34,909 bases of DNA from Octopus bimaculoides (GCF_001194135.2 NC_068991.1:3426583-3461491), one strand, 5' to 3'. Positions 1 to 12,340 are shown, counted from the first letter of the stretch. Numbers and translations are program-made. The notes: generated by a model not told the origin, from the letters alone.

Positions 1-266
1 TTTGTAATCGCAACTTAAGGAGTATACTTTTCTTTAAATCACCAACCTGCCCTAAAACGTCAATGAATGTGATCATTTGAGTGACGTCAGCAGAGAAATG
101 ACCAGTTTAAGCAGATTCAAATACGCGAGGTCAACGGGACAATTAGTTTCACGATATCTGTTTGCGATCAGAGGATATCGATAATTAGTCTGATGTCTGC
201 ACGTCTCCTATATCTCTTACTGCTTCAAAAGCATCGTTGAACTTATCATCATCATCATCATCATCG

Positions 267-315
<49 letters not shown>

Positions 316-398
316 TATTAGTATTATTATCATTATTATTATTTTCATGAAGAGTTACATCAATCTTTATATAATATTATTATTATTATTATCATCAT

Positions 399-458
<60 letters not shown>

Positions 459-540
459 TGTTCAAATTCCGCTGTGGTCAACTTTGGTCAACCTTGTTGT
501 CAATGCTGATGTTATATTGATTTCAATGTTGTTGTTGCAG

Positions 541-603
541 TTGGAAAAATTGAGAGCAGCACAAAGACGAAGCTACGACTCATTTTCGGCCGAGTACACC
601 GAG
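541..603 (+). CDS. Candidate exon (LEKLRAAQRRSYDSFSAEYTE)
   Basis: Acceptor ttgttgttgcag, donor GAG|gtaaca, 63 nt, phase 0-0, open frame. Confidence 0.35.
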
Positions 604-769
604 GTAACATGAAATAAAGTTTATTACTCGAGGAAATCCTACATATTCCATATTTGGAAAGAAACCGGATATGCAACGATTTCTGTTATCATTGCTATTG
701 TTGTTGTTGTCGTTATTCTAGTTCTTGATTTAGTTGTTGTTGTTGTTGTTGTTGTTACAACTTCTGAGT

Positions 770-835
770 GGCAGCGAAGTGGTACAGTTTGGCGTATCCG
801 TTCTGACTCTCTGTATTCTGAGTTCAAATCCCACC
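770..835 (+). mobile_element. Decayed SINE family A head fragment
   Basis: ggcagcga...ttctgagttcaaatcccacc. A smaller piece, gttcaaattccgctgtggtcaactttg, lies at about 460-487. Confidence 0.45.
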
Positions 836-1171
836 ATGCTCGGGCTAGTGAAATGTAGTGATGGTGGTGGGTCCTGGTGGTTGTTGATATGGTGGTGGTC
901 GTCGTCGTCGTGTTGATTATTGTAACGGTGGTTGTAGTGGTTGTAGTATTGGTGGTGGTGGTGGTGGTGGTGGTGGTTAAGGTGGTAGTTGTTTTAGGGT
1001 TGGTCGGTCTCCATGATAACCATGGTTATTGTTGTGTTGAAGCTGGGTATTGGTCGGGTAATTCTTGTTATAGTGTAGTAGTGTAGTGGGGGTTGTGGTG
1101 TTGGTGGTGATATCAGCGCGAGCATAAAAGAAAGCAATAGTAGTAGTAGTAGTAGTAATAGTAGCAGCAGC

Positions 1172-1233
<62 letters not shown>

Positions 1234-3290
1234 CAGCAGCGTTTGTATTGGTAGTTTTTTGTGGGGAAGTTATTGTACTGGTTGTTGTTGCAGTCGTGAT
1301 GTAGCGGTAGTGGTGGTGGTGGTGGTACTGCTGTTGCTACTGCTACTACTGCTGCTGCTGCTGATAGCGATGATAGACGATGAAGGCTGTTGAATATTCA
1401 TGAGGACTTTAGGCAAATGGACAGGTCAGTTGAGCAAGTTGGACAATATTGAATTTGGTCGTCCACGTTACATTCCACGGCGTAAGGNNNNNNNNNNNNN
1501 NNNNNNNNNNNNNNNNNNNNNNNNNNNNNNNNNNNNNNNNNNNNNNNNNNNNNNNNNNNNNNNNNNNNNNNNNNNNNNNNNNNNNNNNNNNNNNNNNNNN
1601 NNNNNNNNNNNNNNNNNNNNNNNNNNNNNNNNNNNNNNNNNNNNNNNNNNNNNNNNNNNNNNNNNNNNNNNNNNNNNNNNNNNNNNNNNNNNNNNNNNNN
1701 NGATGATGGCGTTGCTGGTGTTCTTGGCGATGGTGGACATGATCAAGGTGGTGGTGGTGGTGGTGGCGCGGTGGTTTGGGTGTGATGTTAATGGCGTTCA
1801 TGGTATTGATGATGGTGAAGGTGGTGGCGGTGGTGGTGGTGGTGTTGGTGATGTAGCGTTGGTGATGGTGACGGGGGTAGACGTATGGTGCAAATGGCAT
1901 TGCTATTGTTGCTGCTGCTGCTGTTGTTGCTGTTGTTGTTGTTGCTGTGGTGGTGGTGGTGGTGGTAGGGGAGGTAGCGGTAGTGGCGGTGGTAGAGAAG
2001 TGATGCTGAAGGCGTTGGTGGTATTGTTGGCGATAGCGGTGGTGAAGGTGGTGATGGTGTGTGTGTGGAACTGGACGAAGGGCAGGCCAGGAAAACGGGT
2101 CATTGGAGGGGTGGTGCTGATCATATCAGGTGGCGGGGAACGAGGCGGTGCACAACGCAAGGGTGGCTCGTAGCTATTTTGATATAAGTGTGGGGTGGCG
2201 CTAATGGTGACCGTGATGATGGTGACGGGGAGGCGGAAGAAGAGGATGGTGGTCATGAGGTGAGTAATGATGATGATTATGATGATGATGATGGTGGTGG
2301 TGGTGGTGATGTGAAAGACGGTGGGGGAGAGAAATAAAGAAAGACAAAAGGTACATTGAAATACGAAGACAGTTGGAAAAAGCATGGGAGGGAAAGGGAG
2401 AGAGAGAGAGGGAAGGAGAGAGGAGAAATATTGATGTTGATGACTGCGATAATAATGGTGGTGGTGGTGGTAGTGGTGGTGGTGGTGGTGGTGGTGGTGA
2501 GGGTGGTGGTGGTGACGACGACATTGTTCACAACAACGATGATGAGAGAAAGAAAGAAAGAAAGAAAGAATGAAAGAAAGAAAGAAGGAAAGAAAGAAGC
2601 AATCAAAGACGGAAAGAATAAATGAATGAATGAAAGGGAAATGGAAAAAGAAAAGGTTAAAACAGAGAGAAACAATGAAAACTAGAACGAAAGGAAAAAC
2701 AAATATGGTATTTATGTGAGTATATATATATATATATATATNNNNNNNNNNNNNNNNNNNNNNNNNNNNNNNNNNNNNNNNNNNNNNNNNNNNNNNNNNN
2801 NNNNNNNNNNNNNNNNNNNNNNNNNNNNNNNNNNNNNNNNNNNNNNNNNNNNNNNNNNNNNNNNNNNNNNNNNNNNNNNNNNNNNNNNNNNNNNNNNNNN
2901 NNNNNNNNNNNNNNNNNTATATATATACATATATATATATACATACACACACACAGACACACATATATATGCACATGTATGTGTATACTTATATTAATAC
3001 ATATACATGTGTACATACATACATATGTATATATGTATATATACTTACATACACACATACATACATCTATAAGCATATATGTATGTATGTCTATAAAATT
3101 CTTCAAAACCATTATGGTCATTTTGCACCATTTCTTGTTTCTGCAGCCGACAGCATTGGCATTTTTGCTATACATCGCCATCATCATCATCATCATCATC
3201 ATCATCACCTTCCTTTCTTCTTCTTCTTCTTCTTCTTCTTCTCTCCCTCTTTTAAGTGATAATTGCAATAAAAAATACTAATAATAATCC

Positions 3291-3499
3291 TATTCTGTTA
3301 TAGGCACAAAGCCCGAAATTTGGTGGGGAGGGGGACCAGTCGATTATATCGATCCCAGTACTCAGCTGGTACTTATTTTATCGACCCCGAAAGAATGAAA
3401 AGCAAAATCCACTTTGGTGAAATTTGAACCTAGAACGTAGAGATGCTTGATATGCGCCAAGCATTTTGCCCGACTTGTTAACGATTCTGCCATTTCGCC
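3291..3499 (-). mobile_element. SINE family A, near full length
   Basis: Shares ggcagaatcgttaac..., gttc.aggttcaaatt (box B-like), ttcggggtcgataaaataagtaccagc and a gggctttgtgccta tail with the copies at 27684, 27885 and 33967. Confidence 0.85.
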
Positions 3500-3502
3500 A
3501 TT

Positions 3503-3503
<1 letters not shown>

Positions 3504-3557
<54 letters not shown>

Positions 3558-4460
3558 TAACAATAACCTTGCGTCTTTGTTTCCCCCTTTCCCATGTGGT
3601 CCACATGGTTTCAGATATTATTCCTCATGTTCTTACTCTCCTTTTTCGTTTTCTCTTCTTTCTGTTTTACTCTCCAAATTCTCTCCTTCCCAAAGTAATT
3701 CAACGTTTCCATATCATCATCATCATCATCATCATCATTATTATTATTATTATCATTATTATTATCGTCATCATCGCTGTCGTCCTCGTCGTCGTAGTGT
3801 CCGCCTCCTCTTCCACTTACTCATCGTCATCACAATTCTTATTTGTTATTGCTGCCATCATCATCATCCTTCTCCTCCTCCTCCTCCTCATCATCGGCAT
3901 CGTCATCACCAACACCACTTCCATCATCATCATAATCATCATCATAATCACCATCATCACCACCACCACCACCACCACCATCGTCATCACCACCACCACT
4001 TCCGTCATCATCATCGCATCATCACCATCATCATCATCATCACCATCACCATCATCATCATCACCATCATCATCATCACCGTTCTTGTTACCGTCATAAC
4101 CCATCCTCCTAATTCTTTATCATCATCACAATTATATTGTTGCTGTTATTATCATCATCATCGTTGTTGTTGTTGTTGTTGTTGCCCTTGCAATGTCCCC
4201 ACTCCCACCAGCAGATAGCCCTGTGGTACACAAAAGACGTCATTATTTATATCATTATTATCATTATTGTTGTTGTTGTTGCCGTGAATAACATTGCTGC
4301 TACCAAAATTATTATTGCTCTCATTTTTATTGTTATTTTTCTTTTTTTTTTTTTATCTCTTAACATTATCACCATCATCATAGTCATCATCGTTATTAAC
4401 TGGTGTTGTCATCGATGTTACTGTTCTTGTTCTTCTTCTTGTCGCTGCTATTATTATTAT
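3504..4460. repeat. (aat)n, (atc)n, (acc)n, (ttg)n microsatellite field
   Basis: Directly visible arrays. Confidence 0.95.
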
Positions 4461-5358
4461 GTTTTTACCACGAACTTTTCCGTCGGCGTTAAGAGAAGAA
4501 GCTTGATGCGTTGAGCGTTGAGCGTTCAGATTGGCAGAAAAACGTTGACCAAAGTACAATTAGCTTGTTTCGACTCGAGGTCAGTCGGGTCAGTGTGTTG
4601 GCTTCTAGGCGAGTGATCTTTTTTGATTGAGGTTGGCTAACTCACGATAAATGGCTGCGAATCACACACACAAGCATGTCTTCTGATAAACAGACAACGC
4701 TTCGTCGCGGTCGCCATATTAAAACATGGTGGTTCTGACCTTGGTGCCTGCTTTAAAACTCTCCAGAACTAACTTCATTCGTAAAAGAATGTCGGAGCCG
4801 AGCAAGCTGTATCTGGTGTTATGGTAACAGGAAAAGAATATGTATATACACACATATTTTAAGATATATGCATATACATACATTGATACATACATACATA
4901 TATGCATACATATATTTCACAAATATTTTTACATATACATATGTACATGTATCTATATATGTATGTGTGTGCGTATATATATATGTGTGTGTGTGTGTAC
5001 ATTTATATATATATATATATATATATATGAATCTGTGTATGTTTCTTTATGTCGACTTATATAGAAACGATATTAAACAATACAATTACTCAATACGTNN
5101 NNNNNNNNNNNNNNNNNNNNNNNNNNNNNNNNNNNNNNNNNNNNNNNNNNNNNNNNNNNNNNNNNNNNNNNNNNNNNNNNNNNNNNNNNNNNNNNNNNNN
5201 NNNNNNNNNNNNNNNNNNNNNNNNNNNNNNNNNNNNNNNNNNNNNNNNNNNNNNNNNNNNNNNNNNNNNNNNNNNNNNNNNNNNNNNNNNNNNNNNNNNN
5301 NNNNNNNNNNNNNNNNNNNNNNNNNNTATATATATATATATGCACACAAACATGTATA

Positions 5359-5395
<37 letters not shown>

Positions 5396-5804
5396 GAATC
5401 TGTGTATGTTTCTTTATGTCGACTTATATAGAAACGATATTAAACAATACAATTACTCAATACGTTTTTGTAGATTACGTGTATATTATTCTTCAAAAGT
5501 GGGTGGCAGTGACTTCGAAGTTTCCCACAAAGGCTAGTAGCCCGAAACAAGTAAATGCTACCTGCTTCTTGTAAATGATAAATCCATACAAACCTATTTA
5601 TATATATGTATGCAAGTTATAAGTTCTTGTATACGTAAGCGGGCTTGTATATTTGAATGCACACCGCCTACTCCATCAACCTATTCTCAACTCTACGATA
5701 TAAACCTATAAATGAATAACAAAAACCTGTTAATATTTCTTCTCAAAATCCAGTCTACTTCGGGTAAATATTACATCTACTTGCGACACGAGGATAGCAA
5801 TTTC

Positions 5805-5950
5805 GAAAGGCGGGATAAGTCGGCTACATCGATCCCATTGCTTAACTGGTACTTATTTTATCGACCCCGAAAGAACGAAAGAAAAAGTCGAACTCTGCGG
5901 TATTTGAATTCAAAATATAAAATGCCGGAACTTTCGGGAAAACAATGCTA
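5805..5950 (-). mobile_element. SINE family A, partial
   Basis: ctggtacttattttatcgaccccgaaagaa is nearly identical to 3365-3394, followed by aaagtcga..gcggtatttgaattc. Confidence 0.8.
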
Positions 5951-5978
5951 AATCAAACAGTCAAAGATGGCTGCATAG

Positions 5979-6046
5979 CTTGTGTCGTCTGCTTCTTCAT
6001 CTTGTGTCGTCTGCTTCTTCGTCTTGTGTCGTCTGCTTCTTCGTCT
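5979..6046 (+). repeat. 22-bp tandem repeat x3
   Basis: cttgtgtcgtctgcttcttcRt at 5979, 6001 and 6023. Confidence 0.95.
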
Positions 6047-6532
6047 ACGCGTTTTCTTGTCTGTTACAGTATATCTATTGGCATATGAGTGTCCACATAT
6101 GAGTGGTAGCAGAATTTACGGTTCTGGTGGTAGTTCTTAGTTATTTTCGTTTCTTTTGGAAGTTTCTTTGGAATTTGATGCCATTTTAAAACTTTAATTC
6201 AGGATTTTGGTGCCAATTTGAAAGGAATTTTTCATTAGTTTTGCTTTCTTATTTTTTTCAGACTTCTAGTTTTCTTTTTCTTTGTAACTTTCTTCCTTCC
6301 TACTTTCTTTTCTTTCATTCTTCCTTCCTTCCTTACTTTCTTTCTTCCTTTCCTTTCTTCTTCTTCGTTTTTTCTTTCTTTTTCTTTCTCCTTTCTTTCT
6401 TTCTTTCTTCCTTCCTTCCCCTTCCCGTTTTTTCTTCTTTTTCTTTTACATCGTTCTTTTTATCTTTTTTTTGTTTCGCCTTTTTATTTTATTTCCAAAT
6501 TTTCATTTTAGTTCCTTTCTTCATCAACCACC

Positions 6533-6581
<49 letters not shown>

Positions 6582-6800
6582 ATGATCCTACACTTTCTCC
6601 TTTTCTTCCCGTGATATCATCATCATCATCATCGCCGTGATCAGAGTTGTCATCTTGTCACCGTATGTCGTTGTGACCCTGCTTGACCTCACCATTTCCC
6701 AGATAAATATAACAACATCACCATCAACTTGCTTTGCTTCTAACACCACAGCTTAGCAGCTTAATGGCTTATGTCCCCTTTCATTGCTTCGTAAACACCT

Positions 6801-6816
6801 CCGCTAGAGGTCGCCA
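6801..6816 (+). promoter_or_regulatory. CTCF-like motif
   Basis: CCGCTAGAGGTCGCCA compared with the consensus CCRCYAGRKGGCGC. Confidence 0.3.
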
Positions 6817-6912
6817 CACAAGATGACAACCAATTATGTCGACCTCGTAATGTTAAAAGCTGAATATATAAATTGGCGGTGGCTATTTTGCGTTATTTTC
6901 TTTTTTGAACGT

Positions 6913-6957
<45 letters not shown>

Positions 6958-7484
6958 TGTGTGTGTGTGTGTGTGNNNNNNNNNNNNNNNNNNNNNNNNN
7001 NNNNNNNNNNNNNNNNNNNNNNNNNNNNNNNNNNNNNNNNNNNNNNNNNNNNNNNNNNNNNNNNNNNNNNNNNNNNNNNNNNNNNNNNNNNNNNNNNNNN
7101 NNNNNNNNNNNNNNNNNNNNNNNNNNNNNNNNNNNNNNNNNNNNNNNNNNNNNNNNNNNNNNNNNNNNNNNNNNNNNNNNNNNNNNNNNNNNNNNNNNNN
7201 NNNNNNNNNNNNNNNNNNNNNNNNNNNNNNNNNNNNNNNNNNNNNNNNNNNNNNNNNNNNNNNNNNNNNNNNNNNNNNNNNNNNNNNNNNNNNNNNNNNN
7301 NNNNNNNNNNNNNNNNNNNNNNNNNNNNNNNNNNNNNNNNNNNNNNNNNNNNNNNNNNNNNNNNNNNNNNNNNNNNNNNNNNNNNNNNNNNNNNNNNNNN
7401 NNNNNNNNNNNNNNNNNNNNNNNNNNNNNNNNNNNNNNNNNNNNNNNNNNNNNNNNNNNNNNNNNNNNNNNNNNNNNNNNNNNN

Positions 7485-7525
<41 letters not shown>

Positions 7526-7618
7526 CATACATGTATATATGTATACATATATATACACACTCGTGTGTATATAATACACACAGATACACACATACATATG
7601 TATAAACGAAGAAAGGTT

Positions 7619-7660
<42 letters not shown>

Positions 7661-7744
7661 TTATATTCATAACCGCCAGCATGAAACCGTAAACCGAGCG
7701 TTTTCATGTTGAAAAACCTTCCGATTGGAGAAAGCTGAGTTTAC

Positions 7745-7803
7745 AATCATCAAACATGGCTGAAGGGAAGAGTCTAGCCTTGGATGTTTATTATAGGAAA
7801 TAT
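7745..7803 (-). CDS. Candidate exon (D-ISYNKHPRLDSSLQPCLMI)
   Basis: Acceptor gacgttttcag, donor gtaaac. Its phase-1 start is compatible with the exon at 8301-8439. Confidence 0.28.
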
Positions 7804-8300
7804 CTGAAAACGTCACGCGGGTCTCAGGGATTAGACCCACGTGGAAGGGAACAAGAATGTAAAACATATGTTGTCTTTTAAGCACATAAGAATTATATCT
7901 TTTAAATTGGTCTCTGTTAGCCGCTGTCCTGCACGTCAGCATTCCAGTACAATTGCCCACCCTAGTTCTTTTTTTTTTTTATTAATATGCAAGTGAAGGG
8001 AAGAAAGAACCTGGTGGAGGCAGTGAGGGAGAAGAGAGATAACGAAGGGGAGGGGTCAGATGGATATTTTCTCAGTCGGACATGTGTGGTCGTGCATATG
8101 TATCAGTGTATATAAATTTGTGTGTAGGGAAATATGTTCCTTATTTATATTAGAGTGAGAGGACTAACGATGGAGTGAGGGAAGCAAACACTTACTGTTG
8201 TATGAAAATCTTCATTTGGCTGAGATATATTTCCGTTCGTAAGGACAAAGAGAAAATATCTCGCTTTTAGAGTTCACAGATTTATTAAAATCCTTCTAAC

Positions 8301-8439
8301 CGTTAAACAAAATCTTCAACTTCTCGTGATAATGATGAAAATTGGACAGTTTTTCAGTAATCTCCAGTTGATGTAATATATTGTAGTATTTTCTTTCTAA
8401 AGCCATACTGGATTTTGACAGAACTTCCGAGTGTTCAGC
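8301..8439 (-). CDS. Candidate internal coding exon of an unidentified gene (AEHSEVLSKSSMALERKYYNILHQLEITEKLSNFHHYHEKLKILFN)
   Basis: Acceptor ttcttcccaatccag, donor gttaga, 46 open codons of non-repetitive composition, phase 0 to 1. No family recognised. Confidence 0.4.
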
Positions 8440-8499
8440 CTGGATTGGGAAGAACCTTCTGTTATACAGTGATGTTATGAAAATTATCCGGAATATCCA

Positions 8500-8588
8500 G
8501 ATGTTTCTGCGATACATATTCATACACACAAGCACGGATGAATATTTACATGTACATATACGAACATACACAGCTATAGTACACCTTA

Positions 8589-8626
<38 letters not shown>

Positions 8627-8722
8627 TACATAAATATATATTTATATATGCATCTCCCTCCCCTTTCTGTATATATTTATAAATATATATATACATACAT
8701 ACAAATGCATGCATACAGATAG

Positions 8723-8776
<54 letters not shown>

Positions 8777-8964
8777 AGAGAGAGAGAGATAGAGAGAGAT
8801 ATGGATAGATAGAGAGATAGATATATATATATTCTTTTATTCTTTTACTTGTTTCAGTCATTTGACTTCAGCCGTGCACACATATATGCATAATCATATA
8901 TGTACATGTGTTTGTGTGTGTGTGTATAAACATATGTTAATATCAGTATCTATCTCTCTATTTC

Positions 8965-8996
<32 letters not shown>

Positions 8997-9480
8997 TATA
9001 TATATGTATGTGTATGTGCGTGTGTGTATGTGCGTGTGTGTATGTGTGTGTGTGTGTGCAAATAGCAAATATACATATAAATATATATACAGATGCACAT
9101 ATATATATAGATTTATACACACGCAAGTATGTGTGCATATAAATAGTTACGCATCTGAGCATGCGCGTCAGTGTAAAAACACGTTTGTATTTGCATGCAC
9201 TTCTGAACCTCTGCATGAATCTGTGTATGTATATGGACATGTGTATGCATATGCTTCCTAGCAGACATGATTCTGCATAACAACTTTCTTGCCCATATGA
9301 GCATATACACACACACACTTATATATATATATATATATATATGAATTTCTATCTATCTATATCTATCTATATATATATATGTGTGTGTGTGTGTGAATAT
9401 TTATATATGTGTACGTTTGTATATGCTTATGTGCATTATAACACATTCACCGTATGAATACGAACACACACACACACACA

Positions 9481-9540
<60 letters not shown>

Positions 9541-9550
9541 CACACACACA
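8500..9550. repeat. (ca)n/(at)n/(gata)n/(ga)n/(cgca)n microsatellite field
   Basis: Directly visible arrays. Similar fields occur at 12300-14830, 17670-20040, 21720-22310, 24530-26570 and 31705-32350. Confidence 0.95.
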
Positions 9551-10563
9551 CAAGCCAAGGAGTGACCTTCTTCTGACCTCAACATTCTTGACCCTGGTCC
9601 CCGTTTAGAAACCTTTCCACTATGTACACAAACAACAAATAACAATAAAACATAACACATACCACATACCCATTTTATGATTTTCAGCAGAACTTCTATA
9701 AAATCACTCTATTNNNNNNNNNNNNNNNNNNNNNNNNNNNNNNNNNNNNNNNNNNNNNNNNNNNNNNNNNNNNNNNNNNNNNNNNNNNNNNNNNNNNNNN
9801 NNNNNNNNNNNNNNNNNNNNNNNNNNNNNNNNNNNNNNNNNNNNNNNNNNNNNNNNNNNNNNNNNNNNNNNNNNNNNNNNNNNNNNNNNNNNNNNNNNNN
9901 NNNNNNNNNNNNNNNNNNNNNNNNNNNNNNNNNNNNNNNNNNNNNNNNNNNNNNNNNNNNNNNNNNNNNNNNNNNNNNNNNNNNNNNNNNNNNNNNNNNN
10001 NNNNNNNNNNNNNNNNNNNNNNNNNNNNNNNNNNNNNNNNNNNNNNNNNNNNNNNNNNNNNNNNNNNNNNNNNNNNNNNNNNNNNNNNNNNNNNNNNNNN
10101 NNNNNNNNNNNNNNNNNNNNNNNNNNNNNNNNNNNNNNNNNNNNNNNNNNNNNNNNNNNNNNNNNNNNNNNNNNNNNNNNNNNNNNNNNNNNNNNNNNNN
10201 NNNNNNNNNNNNNNNNNNNNNNNNNNNNNNNNNNNNNNNNNNNNNNNNNNNNNNNNNNNNNNNNNNNNNNNNNNNNNNNNNNNNNNNNNNNNNNNNNNNN
10301 NNNNNNNNNNNNNNNNNNNNNNNNNNNNNNNNNNNNNNNNNNNNNNNNNNNNNNNNNNNNNNNNNNNNNNNNNNNNNNNNNNNNNNNNNNNNNNNNNNNN
10401 NNNNNNNNNNNNNNNNNNNNNNNNNNNNNNNNNNNNNNNNNNNNNNNNNNNNNNNNNNNNNNNNNNNNNNNNNNNNNNNNNNNNNNNNNNNNNNNNNNNN
10501 NNNNNNNNNNNNNNNNNNNNNNNNNNNNNNNNNNNNNNNNNNNNNNNNNNNNNNNNNNNNNNN

Positions 10564-10613
10564 TGGGCCCTCCCCGAAAAGTTTCGGGCCTTGTGCCTAG
10601 AGCAGAAAAGAAT
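10564..10613 (+). mobile_element. SINE family A 3' end emerging from a gap
   Basis: ggccctccccgaaaagtttcgggccttgtgcctagagcagaaaagaat is the reverse complement of the tails at 3291 and 27684. Confidence 0.75.
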
Positions 10614-10789
10614 ATTCTGGCTGCTTAACATTCATGGGTGTATGTAATACCATGTTAGTTCTGCGATGAGCGCTAGAACTCATCAGCCTCGAACTTAACA
10701 CAGTTCCACGGAGTATGTGTGACTGTGATTACAACATGTCCCAGCCTACGACTGAACTGGCGGCTGGTCCGTCGCACGGTTAACTTTCC

Positions 10790-10930
10790 AGCCATTACTG
10801 AAACTCGTTTATTGCCGCCGAGTGGACTGGCACATAAGGAAATGAAATTTTGTGTGTGTGTGTGGGGGGGGGGAGTCTCAAGAACACAAAGCACTAATCG
10901 GTCCGGTAATACGAACCCACGAATCTCGCT
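10790..10930 (-). mobile_element. SINE family C, decayed and split by a (gt)n/G tract
   Basis: actcgtttattgccgccgagtggactgg...gaaatgaaa...ctcaagaacacaa aligns by eye with 20866-20935. Confidence 0.55.
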
Positions 10931-11569
10931 CAATAGCTCTAAAGCAGGACATATTATATGCGGGATAGTCACGGATGGAATGCTTTTGAGATAGCAGAGA
11001 AGAAAAAATACTCAACGGACATTGTCATATCATCTTTCATCTCCACCACACCAAGCTGCAACACATAACCCCTTCAAAATACGCCACACAACCTGTAATA
11101 GAGTTCGAACTAGCGATGCTCTTTAGCTGGGAAAACCACATCTTATTATTATTATTATTATTATTCATTCTTGGCTTTCACAACCGTTTCCCTTTGTTAG
11201 TAAACAGGTTTACCTGGTCAAATCGCTCTCGGTTTTTCTTTGTGTTCGCGTAACGACACGTTGGGGTGTGAAAATCGGAATGCGTTCGACCGTGCAGGAA
11301 TGCAGAGAAGCGAATCAAAGTGCATCAGCTTCATTTGCTGTGCATTATGGAGAGCCAAGACGAAAACATTCCCAGTGACACAACAAACAGCTAATCATAA
11401 ATCTAGAAGCTTCGATGACAAATTAGAGGAAAGAAGAGAAGAGAGAAGATGAAAAAAGGCAGGTGGATGTCTGCGGAGTTGAGTATTGAAGAATTAGAGT
11501 GCGGCCTGGTGGAAAGACGAGATGAAGAAGAGGAAAACGTTTGCTTGTAAATTATATGTGTAAATAGTC

Positions 11570-11705
11570 GCAGGCATGGCTGTATGGTTAAGAAGTTTGC
11601 ATCACAATGACGTGGTTTCAGGTTCGATCCCACGGCGCCGCACATTGAGCAACTATTTTCTATCGAAGTTTTTAGTTGATCAATATCTTGTTAAGTGGAA
11701 TCTGT
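11570..11705 (+). mobile_element. SINE family B (tRNA head), running into a gap
   Basis: Box A-like tggctgtatggt, then aagaag.ttgc, box B ggttcgatccc, then ca..ttgagcaa..tttctat. Confidence 0.75.
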
Positions 11706-12177
11706 NNNNNNNNNNNNNNNNNNNNNNNNNNNNNNNNNNNNNNNNNNNNNNNNNNNNNNNNNNNNNNNNNNNNNNNNNNNNNNNNNNNNNNNNNNNNNNN
11801 NNNNNNNNNNNNNNNNNNNNNNNNNNNNNNNNNNNNNNNNNNNNNNNNNNNNNNNNNNNNNNNNNNNNNNNNNNNNNNNNNNNNNNNNNNNNNNNNNNNN
11901 NNNNNNNNNNNNNNNNNNNNNNNNNNNNNNNNNNNNNNNNNNNNNNNNNNNNNNNNNNNNNNNNNNNNNNNNNNNNNNNNNNNNNNNNNNNNNNNNNNNN
12001 NNNNNNNNNNNNNNNNNNNNNNNNNNNNNNNNNNNNNNNNNNNNNNNNNNNNNNNNNNNNNNNNNNNNNNNNNNNNNNNNNNNNNNNNNNNNNNNNNNNN
12101 CGTATAGGATGTGAAAGCTTTGGTAGCAGAGCAAACTCAAGCGCTGTGCTGAGCAACGCACACTCTAGCTATGCATA

Positions 12178-12257
12178 AAAGAACTTGGAGGGTTGGGCCA
12201 TCAACCAGGCCTTTCACGACACCCTTAAAGCCAGGAACTTTTCGGCACCTTCTCGTA
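12178..12257 (-). mobile_element. Mariner/Tc1-type terminal sequence (MITE end)
   Basis: Minus strand starts TA-CGAGAAGGTGCCGAAAAGTTCCTGGCTTT, resembling TACGAGG...GAAAAGT mariner TIRs with a TA target. The partner end is not seen and may lie in the gap 11706-12100. Confidence 0.5.
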
Positions 12258-12298
12258 TAAAAAAAATAAAACATTCTGTGTATGTGTGCCATGGAGAA

Positions 12299-12340
<42 letters not shown>

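Larger units (their letters stand above)
245..2530. repeat. Compound trinucleotide microsatellite field (tca/tta/ttg/ctg/gtg/gta/gca/gat)
   Basis: Directly visible arrays, interrupted by unique islands at 460-740 and 1380-1487 and by a gap. Confidence 0.95.

Noticed and set aside
82-89. CRE palindrome TGACGTCA
   Set aside because: A single 8-mer is expected by chance at an appreciable rate in 35 kb, and there is no supporting context.
4460-4654. LRR-like peptide LNQKKITRLEANTLTRLTS (-)
   Set aside because: It requires a frameshift in an A6 run, with no independent support.
7756-7858. Plus-strand start exon MAEGKSLALDVYYRKYLK... with a good Kozak context
   Set aside because: No phase-compatible downstream exon was found, and it overlaps a minus-strand candidate. 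Left uncalled.
10655-10690. Second hammerhead-like motif (-): ctgatga-gttct...agaac
   Set aside because: Stem II is followed by TAAC rather than GAAA, so the core is incomplete.
11210-11530. Unique island with strong minus-strand splice signals
   Set aside because: Every acceptor-donor combination contains an in-frame stop. It could only be a UTR or terminal exon.
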